From a virus: 64,000 nucleotides of DNA. Location: IMG/VR virus record IMGVR_UViG_3300036715_003363. The stretch is one strand, 5' to 3'. Shown in pieces: positions 46,037 to 54,175 of the stretch. Each line of letters begins with the position of its first letter. Within the stretch, counting starts at the first letter, position 1. The notes beneath the pieces were generated by a model that worked only from the letters and a program-made list of their open reading frames with translations, was not told the origin of the DNA and searched no databases. The position numbers were made by a program, and so were the translations under genes.

Positions 46037-46264
46037 TTAAGATTCCAGTTCTTTTTGCTTTCCTACACTTTCCATAATCGGTGTAGATGTTGTCACTGTT
46101 TTAATAATCCTAAATTGCCATGATGGAGGATATGACTCTAATATGTTTAGAAATTGATCCTTAATGCTATCAATTGATTCTACATCCCTTTTGAATCCGT
46201 AATCGCACCATCTATTTGATAATTTAGATGTAATCTGAATTTTGTAAGTTGTTACCTCCTCCAT
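46037..46264 (-). CDS. Hypothetical protein
   Basis: Co-oriented. Confidence 0.45.
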   Translation of the reverse strand: MEEVTTYKIQITSKLSNRWCDYGFKRDVESIDSIKDQFLNILESYPPSWQFRIIKTVTTSTPIMESVGKQKELES

Positions 46265-46267
46265 TTT

Positions 46268-46591
46268 TTACGCTTGATTAAGATCAAGAACGCTGATATT
46301 GTCACCAAAGCTCTTCTTAATGTCTCCAGCCCATTGATCTTCGTATCCCTTAAGTCTATCTTCTTCTGATTCATAAAATACAATGTTTTTTAATTTTGTA
46401 TTTTCTCTCCTGAGTTTTTTGGCGATTTCAACTATATCTGTAATATCTTCTTCTTGCCAATAACCTCCAACGTTTACGGACGACGAAAAGAGTAGAGACT
46501 CAATGATGAGGTTATTTTCTCTATCTGTTAGAGTTTGATTAAGAATGATTGCATCAATCTCCTCCGAGTGCTGTGAATCTGTGATGTTCAT
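46268..46591 (-). CDS. Hypothetical protein
   Basis: Co-oriented. Confidence 0.5.
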   Translation of the reverse strand: MNITDSQHSEEIDAIILNQTLTDRENNLIIESLLFSSSVNVGGYWQEEDITDIVEIAKKLRRENTKLKNIVFYESEEDRLKGYEDQWAGDIKKSFGDNISVLDLNQA

Positions 46592-46621
46592 GTTGTAAGT
46601 ATAATAACTTACACACTAAGT

Positions 46622-47308
46622 TCAAGTAATTAGTTTACTATTAAACAGTTTATATATATTTTCACTGAATTTGCCATACAGGTCAATAATGATTTGCTTT
46701 CTTTGTTGATCACTTCCTACTTTATACATTTCTCTAATTTCAGAAGCGCTTATTACAGTCTTACCTTGTACTTTGAATTGCTCAACACATTCAACTGTTA
46801 TATATCCATGTCTCGCAAAGGGATCAAGAAGATGATTACTGCCATTAACATCTTCATATCGTTTTAGATACGCAGCAGATCCGTCTTTCTTTTTTCCGTA
46901 GCTAAAGCGATCAGAGTCTTTCTGAGATAGTGCGAATATTAAAGAAGTAGAATCTGGATTATACTTTTTTGTAATTTCTATAGCTTTGTATGGATCAGAA
47001 ACTTGAACTACTCTATGTCCTGGAATTCCAAAGAACTCGATAATACTAAGCTTCTCTTTAAAGCTGAATGGAGATTTTTCATTTACAACATTTGATGTAG
47101 CAATAAATACTTCACCTTGTGTAAATCTCTTACACAGTGAGTTATAAGTTTTTGCATGCCCCTTATGAAAGGGCTGAAAGCGGCCAGGAAATATAACCAG
47201 AAGTTTATGCTCTAATTCTGTGTTAGATATTCGAGGAGCGGTAACATCGCGAACTCCAAGACGAGGGTCGCTTGTTTCCTTTAGAAAGAATGAACGAAAG
47301 TCTATCAC
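46622..47308 (-). CDS. Cytidyltransferase-like (HxGH) nucleotidyltransferase
   Basis: FPGRFQPFHKGH, FSFKEK, ISASEIRE. Confidence 0.85.
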   Translation of the reverse strand: MIDFRSFFLKETSDPRLGVRDVTAPRISNTELEHKLLVIFPGRFQPFHKGHAKTYNSLCKRFTQGEVFIATSNVVNEKSPFSFKEKLSIIEFFGIPGHRVVQVSDPYKAIEITKKYNPDSTSLIFALSQKDSDRFSYGKKKDGSAAYLKRYEDVNGSNHLLDPFARHGYITVECVEQFKVQGKTVISASEIREMYKVGSDQQRKQIIIDLYGKFSENIYKLFNSKLIT

Positions 47309-47357
47309 TTAAATTTTTCTCCTTGTAGTGGTATAATACCTTCAATTTCAGGTGATA

Positions 47358-48494
47358 TTACTTCCATGTTTTTGGTTGTGTTAGGTTGGCGCGCGAAAAT
47401 TCCAAACGGTTTATTATTTTTACAGCATTTCCTATGTGATCAACTGCAACATATCCCTCAGGATCAGTAGCAACGAGATCACCATTTTCGCTTGAAATAA
47501 ATTGCTTTGTTTTTACTGCTGCATTGTATTTGTTTACAAAAACCATCTTTAGTCGTTCAAGTACTTTTGTAATATGAAAAATATTCAAATAAGTTATTTT
47601 ATGCTCGTTAATATCGTCAATAATTTTATTGCGTAATTCTTCTTTTTTTTGCTTACTTGAAACAGTCTTAAGTTTTTTAATATCTTTATTTGTTCTTTCC
47701 AAATACCACTTAATAAAATCAGTAAGAGATTCTTCCGGATCATCAATAAACTTTTGCTGTCTAATTAATGTGTTGCAAAAAATACTAATTAAAGCGTAGA
47801 TATTATCAGGAATTGCATTCCACTCTGTAAGGCTTGCTGCTGATTTTATAGTGCTTGTAAGGTGTCTGACATTATTAGATTCTTCGTCTGTAAGAAGAAC
47901 GTTACCAGACACATCTTTAAAATTTGCATCCTCCATCCATATATTATCATCTTTAGGAAAGCTTGATACTGATGCACCAAATGTTTTTTTAAGCTGTGTG
48001 AGAGACGGGCCAGTATATTGTGTGTGAATAACCGCGCCGACTTTTGCGCGAAGTACCTTTTGACCTTCAGGGGAGTCTTTTGGAATTGCGTATATAATCG
48101 TATTAGGCTTAAAGGTAATATACGTCACTGCATCACTTATAAGCTCGCCGAGTGATTTATGATCAAACATAAAGTCTCCCTGATATATTCCGTTTTTAAT
48201 AATAGTCGGAAAATACTGAAGTCCTAATTTAAGCTTGTCAACTAGGCCGGGAGCATTGCCGTGATTGCGTTGAATATCCTCTGCTGTATAATTTATCTTA
48301 GGCTCAACGTTGCCAAGACTTTTTGTTGATATGAAAAACTTTCTATTTTCAGGATTAATACCACATATGAATGCCGGAGAATTATGTATGAGAAAGGATG
48401 TTACTCCTGTATGCACATAAAAATTTTCCGTTAGTGTAGTGATATCACATTCAGGGTATTTTTCAGTTAAAATTTTAACGCTTTTAATTCTCAT
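47358..48494 (-). CDS. Fractured gene, C-half: split-intein IntC (38 aa) + C-extein of DUF6267-like KxDG protein
   Basis: MRIKSVK...DITTLTENFYV...LIHN|SPAFICG..FFISTKS...QGDFMF..FKPNTIIYA...PEGYVA...KIINRLEFSRAN. Confidence 0.85.
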   Translation of the reverse strand: MRIKSVKILTEKYPECDITTLTENFYVHTGVTSFLIHNSPAFICGINPENRKFFISTKSLGNVEPKINYTAEDIQRNHGNAPGLVDKLKLGLQYFPTIIKNGIYQGDFMFDHKSLGELISDAVTYITFKPNTIIYAIPKDSPEGQKVLRAKVGAVIHTQYTGPSLTQLKKTFGASVSSFPKDDNIWMEDANFKDVSGNVLLTDEESNNVRHLTSTIKSAASLTEWNAIPDNIYALISIFCNTLIRQQKFIDDPEESLTDFIKWYLERTNKDIKKLKTVSSKQKKEELRNKIIDDINEHKITYLNIFHITKVLERLKMVFVNKYNAAVKTKQFISSENGDLVATDPEGYVAVDHIGNAVKIINRLEFSRANLTQPKTWK

Positions 48495-48882
48495 TAAGTG
48501 TACTTATTAAATCTTTACAGTATGTCTTTATAAAGTAATCACTATCCATATTACCTTTTATATTATTAACATACTTTAAACCAAAAGAAATGTTGCTTCT
48601 TCCTCCGGCAATACCAGGTTCAATGTTTGTCAAAAAACATTTTAAAATGCTGATTTTATGATCAACAGATCTTTTGTACCAGTCATTTGGATTAGCTTTT
48701 CCTCGTACGTCAGCAAATTCTATTCCTGTATATTCACAACGCGAAGGAACCTCACCTTTCTTAATTATTTCTTTAATAGTTTCTTTGGTAACCCCTTCAA
48801 CTTTTTGTCTATAAACACTAAACGCTGCAGCAAACTTAGGTTTTACATTCTCTACACTCCGTTCTTTATTTATGGTATCCAT
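48484..48882 (-). CDS. Free-standing HNH-type homing endonuclease
   Basis: RCEYTG...SVDHKISI...SNISF...NNIKG; sits between the intein halves. Confidence 0.7.
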   Translation of the reverse strand: MDTINKERSVENVKPKFAAAFSVYRQKVEGVTKETIKEIIKKGEVPSRCEYTGIEFADVRGKANPNDWYKRSVDHKISILKCFLTNIEPGIAGGRSNISFGLKYVNNIKGNMDSDYFIKTYCKDLISTLNEN

Positions 48883-48888
48883 CAGATG

Positions 48889-49413
48889 TTATGGATGTAT
48901 TTCTTTTAAAATATCTATAGATGTTAAGAATTGTGCCTCAACCCATCCTCTATTTTCAGTATATACCCTATGATCTGCGGTACATTTAAATGTTGAATCA
49001 TCTTCTAAAGTTATTTCAACCCACTTTTTTTCATTATTATTAATTCTTGGAAATTCAGCAACATTCCATTCGTCTAAACCGGTACTAAAATTATGAGACA
49101 AGACTTTAATATTTTCTTTTGAATTAATAATTTTTTCGATCTCAATATGACCTCTATCTGTAATAAGCTTAGATTCGGGATGAATACATCCGTCATATTT
49201 AGTTGTGACTAAAATTTTTGCATCATTATGACCTACAAAGACCTTATAAAGCTGCTCAATAATATGTAGAGCAATTTTTAGACCCTCCTCTTTTCTTGTA
49301 AGAATTAATTCTTCAAGATGAGTAAGATGCTTTAAGACACCTTCAGATTCCTCAACGATTAAGCAGCCTCTGTAGGTATCTTTATAAAATTGTGTAAAGG
49401 CTTGAGGAAGCAT
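48889..49413 (-). CDS. Fractured gene, N-half: N-extein + split-intein IntN (99 aa)
   Basis: HLTHLEEL...VTTKYDG|CIHPESKLIT (block A)...FKCTADHRVYT (block B)..., then a stop. Confidence 0.88.
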   Translation of the reverse strand: MLPQAFTQFYKDTYRGCLIVEESEGVLKHLTHLEELILTRKEEGLKIALHIIEQLYKVFVGHNDAKILVTTKYDGCIHPESKLITDRGHIEIEKIINSKENIKVLSHNFSTGLDEWNVAEFPRINNNEKKWVEITLEDDSTFKCTADHRVYTENRGWVEAQFLTSIDILKEIHP

Positions 49414-49420
49414 CCATTAT

Positions 49421-49675
49421 TTAAGCAGTAGCTGATGGTGCTGGAGCTGAAATTTGTCCAGGATAAGTGTGAGTGGTATCAGGACCTGTGAGAGCTTTAA
49501 ACAGATCTTCTGGATGAACTCCAAGTGCTTGAGCTGCTTGCTTTACTTTCGGATCATTAGTTCCTTGTAGAGTTGGCTTCGGAGTATTTGCTTGAGGAGC
49601 TGCCTGCGCAATAGGAGCCTGAGGAGCAGCTATATCCTCTACAATTTGCTGGTATAGTTCTTGAAAGCGTGACAT
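49421..49675 (-). CDS. Hypothetical Pro/Ala/Gln-rich protein
   Basis: TAAATAA upstream; MSRFQELYQQIVED. Confidence 0.55.
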   Translation of the reverse strand: MSRFQELYQQIVEDIAAPQAPIAQAAPQANTPKPTLQGTNDPKVKQAAQALGVHPEDLFKALTGPDTTHTYPGQISAPAPSATA

Positions 49676-49689
49676 GATAGTATGTTTAT

Positions 49690-50202
49690 TTAATGTAATT
49701 GATCAACTATCTCTTCATTTGATTCAATGGATCCAGTTGGAAACGCTTTGAATCTCTTACTTCTCTTCAGAAAACTAATAAGTTCATGAGTCTTTGCAAA
49801 TTTATTAAGTTTTTGTGTATTAGGCTTTTGTGTTGAAAGTCTACCAAGAGCTGCAATTACAGTATCCGGACTATCAAAGCTTTTACATTTACACCAAGGA
49901 ATCGGAAGAACTTTTAATACTCTTTCAAGACCATTGCTTGTAAATGTTTGAAGAGGACCTCTTCCAGGCTTTGGATAGATAACTAATACTTTTGGATACT
50001 TTGATTGACACTTTGTATATCCTCCAATGAATCGTTCTAAGCAATAATGATAGAATAGCTTTGTAAAGTCCTTTGAATTACTTCTGGTCGTTTGTATGTT
50101 ATGTTTCTTACAGAGCAGTAAAAGATCTTTTAGGGCACCTTCAAGTAATGGATAGTAGTCGATTGTACAAATTCTCTGTTCTGTATAATCTCTTTTACTC
50201 AT
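49690..50202 (-). CDS. Hypothetical protein
   Basis: Co-oriented 170-aa ORF. Confidence 0.5.
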   Translation of the reverse strand: MSKRDYTEQRICTIDYYPLLEGALKDLLLLCKKHNIQTTRSNSKDFTKLFYHYCLERFIGGYTKCQSKYPKVLVIYPKPGRGPLQTFTSNGLERVLKVLPIPWCKCKSFDSPDTVIAALGRLSTQKPNTQKLNKFAKTHELISFLKRSKRFKAFPTGSIESNEEIVDQLH

Positions 50203-50222
50203 AAATAGATTATAGGCTGAAT

Positions 50223-50807
50223 TTATTTACGAATCAAGGCCTCAATTTGCTCAAAAGAAAGTCCATTGGAGTAAGCTTCCTGGATTGTTTCATGCATTTG
50301 ACTAAAAATATGCTCAAATTTATTCTCATACTCAAGGAGAGTTACGTACTTCTTACTTGAATACTGTACTCCAATCTCTTTTTCGAGGAGAGTTGATTGC
50401 TCGAGAAGTTCTGTTTTCGGTCCAAGATATCTTTTAATCCTAATCAAAGTTCTCATGACAGGAGTATAAGCTGAAAGTTCCTGTTCAGTAACCGGAGTTT
50501 TAATCCTTTCTCCTCTAATGTTAATAATCCCGAGCTTATAAGCCGGAAGACTAGAGATAGGTTTAAGTAGCTCGTTCATATAGAATCCGTTTATAAGTGA
50601 CTCCTTGAACATTGTGTTAAACATTATTCCGTGAATATGCGTCTTACCTGCAGGATTAACTTTGCATCCAGTTCCGTAATTGGATGATCCGCAATAAGAG
50701 CAATGTTTTGGATCATCTGGATGAAAATGAACTCCTCCTGGAGCGTAGCGACAACCTTTGCCATAACTAGTACTTTGGCAGAACATACAACGATTTAACT
50801 GTTTCAT
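50223..50807 (-). CDS. Protein with duplicated Cys/His zinc-binding repeat
   Basis: CMFCQSTSYGKGC...HFH and CSYCGSSNYGTGC...HIH. Confidence 0.6.
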   Translation of the reverse strand: MKQLNRCMFCQSTSYGKGCRYAPGGVHFHPDDPKHCSYCGSSNYGTGCKVNPAGKTHIHGIMFNTMFKESLINGFYMNELLKPISSLPAYKLGIINIRGERIKTPVTEQELSAYTPVMRTLIRIKRYLGPKTELLEQSTLLEKEIGVQYSSKKYVTLLEYENKFEHIFSQMHETIQEAYSNGLSFEQIEALIRK

Positions 50808-50915
50808 TTCGGTTATTTAATCAGTTTCTATTAAAGTGATCGAAGACTGTCATAAAAACTCTCTCAAAGTTCTTCGGATAAAACCTGTTCTTTGCCGGCT
50901 GCACCTTTTCTACAC

Positions 50916-51371
50916 TTATGCCCACCGACCTGATATGGCAACTAACTTTTTGGAAATACTTTTATCACGTGCATTTTTAGGTGCTTTTCCGAGCTTTGGA
51001 CCAACAAAGCCATTATAGTATGTGTCATCGAAGAGAACATTCCTTGCCAACTGTTCGACAAGCTCGTAGTAGGACAACTCCCATTTTGATGTACAAGTCT
51101 GTAAAATCTCGAACGTAAAATTGTCCTTACCGATCTTCTCAATATCAGCGTTTAGATCACTTGAAGATCCAGTATAGGACTTCCAATCCGATTCCCTTGT
51201 GTCCTTTCTTTTATTCTTTCTTCCCTTTAAAGGCTTTCTCTTAAAGTTTGATATACACTGCTTCTTTCCAACATACATTCTCTTCGTAACATTGTTAGTT
51301 ATAAGATATATGAATCCATATGAATCAGTCAGATCAACACTCTCCTTAAGTAGCCAGTGCCCAGTATCCAT
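50916..51371 (-). CDS. GIY-YIG endonuclease
   Basis: YGFIYLITN...MYVGKK...ESDWKSYTGSS...FTFEIL...YN. Confidence 0.85.
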   Translation of the reverse strand: MDTGHWLLKESVDLTDSYGFIYLITNNVTKRMYVGKKQCISNFKRKPLKGRKNKRKDTRESDWKSYTGSSSDLNADIEKIGKDNFTFEILQTCTSKWELSYYELVEQLARNVLFDDTYYNGFVGPKLGKAPKNARDKSISKKLVAISGRWA

Positions 51372-51616
51372 TACTTCTTCTTCTTCTTTTTCTTCTTCCC
51401 CTTAGGACAACCCTTAAAGGTCGAGTTTGTAGGTGTATTACGGCGAATCACTTTACCCCCGAGAGCCTTAGGGGTCCGTGCATCGCCCTTAGCGTAATTA
51501 TCACCGCTGAATGCAGTCTCAGTTGATGTAGTGCCAGACCCGAATGCACTTCCAGATCCACCTGCAACGACGTCCTCATTTAGAACATCCTCAATTATTT
51601 TTTTAAATTTATACAT
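51371..51616 (-). CDS. Small basic protein
   Basis: MYKFKKIIEDVLNED; Lys-rich tail. Confidence 0.5.
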   Translation of the reverse strand: MYKFKKIIEDVLNEDVVAGGSGSAFGSGTTSTETAFSGDNYAKGDARTPKALGGKVIRRNTPTNSTFKGCPKGKKKKKKKK

Positions 51617-51660
51617 AACAGTTGTCTTTTAATAAAACTATACTACACTATTTATTACTT

Positions 51661-52074
51661 ATGAGTGACGAAGGAGATATCTCTCTACTTGAAAAATATC
51701 ACGAACAGATTAAAGAGGTTGTAACCCTTTCAGAATTTAATATGAAAGAGGTTCAACTGAATCTTCCTGCCCACAGACATTATTGGGTTGGTAGACTTAT
51801 GTTTCATAAAAGGGAGCTTAGGAAGCTTCAATCAATTAAAACACAAGCTCGCCCTAAGATTGCTCAAAAGATGATTGAAGATATTCCGGTCGGCATTAAT
51901 CAAAGGACATCTGACTCAGTTATTGGAACACATCCAATTATGATAAAAATTGACGAGCAGATTGCAGAACAAGAGTTGCTTATTGATTATCTAACAAAGA
52001 TTGAAGCTAACTTCAGATCGATGGGGTTTGACATTAAGAATCTCACAGAGATTATCAAATTAGAGACAAGTTAA
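51661..52074 (+). CDS. uvsY: UvsY-like recombination mediator
   Basis: C-terminal DYL..IE.NFRSMGFDIKN; position just before uvsW as in T4-like phages. Confidence 0.7.
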   Translation: MSDEGDISLLEKYHEQIKEVVTLSEFNMKEVQLNLPAHRHYWVGRLMFHKRELRKLQSIKTQARPKIAQKMIEDIPVGINQRTSDSVIGTHPIMIKIDEQIAEQELLIDYLTKIEANFRSMGFDIKNLTEIIKLETS

Positions 52075-52134
52075 TAGTAATGAAACTACAAGTTGAACTT
52101 TTAGAACTCACATATATAATCGGATATTACATAA

Positions 52135-53223
52135 ATGATAAAGGTAGTTTTCGATTATGATCAATCAAGGAAGAAGGGAATTATTATTTCTGATTATCTT
52201 CCAAACATTAGAGAGTATTTCTCTGTAGAGGATAAAAATAACTTCTTTAAAAGACGCTTTGCAGTTGGATATCGCCCAGCAACGAGAGTATATTCCGTTA
52301 CCCCTCAAGGAAGATTTAATGTTAATCTATTTGAAGAGATTGTAGGCCATCTCAATACACTTGAGAGTGCTCTCGATATAAGTGTAACTGATTTATTCAA
52401 GAGTGCCTTTATTAAGCCTGCACTCAAAAAAGACGCATATAAACTTCCAGCAAAATTTCTACCTAGAGACTATCAACAGGAAGCTGTTGAGACTGCTCTT
52501 GAAAAAGGACAAGGCGTATTTGAATTAGCTACCTCTGCAGGAAAAACATTTGTTGCAGCAACACTCTGTAAATCGATTCAAAGAAATTTACATAAAAGAG
52601 ATAAAATTTTAATTATTGTGCCTGATACTGGCCTTGTAAGACAGACGTACGGTGACTTCTTAGACTACGGCCTCACACCAGCTGACGTCACAAAATGGTC
52701 CGGCACTGAAGAATCAATTTCAGACGCTCAAATTATTATTGCTAATATTCAGATTCTAATGTCAAAAAAACAGGATCTAACAATTTTAAAAAAGGTTAAA
52801 TTGCTCATAGTTGACGAATGTATAAGAAGAAATACACTAATTTGTCTCAAAAACGGAAAAATAAAGCCCATACAGGATATTAAAATAGGAGATATGGTTA
52901 AATCTTATAACACTACAAGTAAAAAAATAGAATATAAGAAGGTGTTAAATACATGGAAGAATTTACAAAAAAGCAATAGCTGCAGTTATTTTATAGAAAT
53001 TAAACTTGAAGACAACTCTATAATACATCTCACACCGAATCATAAGGTATACACTCAGAGAGGATATATTAGAGCAGATAAAGTGCGAGAAACAGATGAT
53101 GTGTACATTGCAGACTCGAACTTTACGAGCCTCTGGTATAGATACCAGTATGCAAAAACGTATATTAGAGCACAGCTGTGCAATTTGTTCAAAAAAACAA
53201 AAATATCTCGGAAGACATCTTAA
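52135..53223 (+). CDS. uvsW: UvsW helicase N-half + intein N-part
   Basis: PRDYQ, LATSAGKT, IVP, LIVDE|CIRRNT (block A)...LTPNHKVYT (block B); IntN starts at 52819. Confidence 0.9.
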   Translation: MIKVVFDYDQSRKKGIIISDYLPNIREYFSVEDKNNFFKRRFAVGYRPATRVYSVTPQGRFNVNLFEEIVGHLNTLESALDISVTDLFKSAFIKPALKKDAYKLPAKFLPRDYQQEAVETALEKGQGVFELATSAGKTFVAATLCKSIQRNLHKRDKILIIVPDTGLVRQTYGDFLDYGLTPADVTKWSGTEESISDAQIIIANIQILMSKKQDLTILKKVKLLIVDECIRRNTLICLKNGKIKPIQDIKIGDMVKSYNTTSKKIEYKKVLNTWKNLQKSNSCSYFIEIKLEDNSIIHLTPNHKVYTQRGYIRADKVRETDDVYIADSNFTSLWYRYQYAKTYIRAQLCNLFKKTKISRKTS

Positions 53224-54175
53224 AAATATGCATCAAATCGATATCAAAAAATATTATGATACATACCTCAAAACAATTTTTAAAATGAAAGTAAAGTGTA
53301 TTGGTAGAGTTAACAGAAATAATGAAGATGTCTTTAATTTAGAGGTTGAAGGTAATAATAATTACTTTGCTAATAATATTTTAGTAAGTAACTGTCACAA
53401 AGTTCTTAGTAAGAACAAAGTTAATAAAGTAATTAACACAATTCCTGCAGTATATAAATACGGAATGACAGGAACACTTCCTGACAATAAGACAGATCGA
53501 TGGAATATCATTGGTCACTTCGGAAGCGTCATAATTAATAAGACGTCAAAGGAACTCAGAGATGAGGGTTATATTAGTGATGTAGTTATCGCAATTATAA
53601 AGCTAGTATATTCAAACCTGCCAAGGTTTAAAAAGCCTTCAGCATCTGAACCAACGGCGGCGTATGAAGAAGAATTACAATTCCTGCAAACAAACAAATT
53701 CCGAAATGAGACTATTTGTAAGCTCGTTAATAAGATGGATAAGAATGTTCTTATTATGGTTGATAGATTAGCCCACGGTGAACATCTATTAGAGATCTTA
53801 AAGAAAAATACAGATAAACAGATACATTGGATCTGTGGAGAAGTTGAAATTGACGCTCGCGAAAATGTTAGAAAGATAATGGAAGAAGATAATAATGTTG
53901 TGTGTATCGCAATATCAAAGATATTCTCTACTGGTATTAATATTAAAAACCTCCACTATATTATTTTTGCCTCAATCGGCAAAGCAAGAATTAAACTTAT
54001 TCAAACAATTGGAAGAAGTCTCAGATTGCATGCATCAAAAGAGCGCGCAGTAATTATCGATCTTGCAGATAATCTTCGATACGGAAGAGTTCACGTTGAG
54101 CAGCGCATTGAAATTTATAAGAGAGAGAGTATTAACTACACTATTAAAGAGATAACCGAACCCTTAAACACATGA
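53150..54175 (+). CDS. uvsW: Intein C-part + UvsW helicase C-half (start at 53150 or 53285)
   Basis: MKVKCIGRV..EDVFNLEVEGNNNYFANNILVSN|CHK...GMTGTLP...FSTGINI.NLH...QTIGRSLR. Confidence 0.88.
   Translation: MQKRILEHSCAICSKKQKYLGRHLKNMHQIDIKKYYDTYLKTIFKMKVKCIGRVNRNNEDVFNLEVEGNNNYFANNILVSNCHKVLSKNKVNKVINTIPAVYKYGMTGTLPDNKTDRWNIIGHFGSVIINKTSKELRDEGYISDVVIAIIKLVYSNLPRFKKPSASEPTAAYEEELQFLQTNKFRNETICKLVNKMDKNVLIMVDRLAHGEHLLEILKKNTDKQIHWICGEVEIDARENVRKIMEEDNNVVCIAISKIFSTGINIKNLHYIIFASIGKARIKLIQTIGRSLRLHASKERAVIIDLADNLRYGRVHVEQRIEIYKRESINYTIKEITEPLNT

Noticed and set aside
48484-48891. Group I intron explaining the split KxDG gene
   Set aside because: The gap between the IntN stop and the IntC start is almost entirely the HNH ORF, leaving no room for a ribozyme core.
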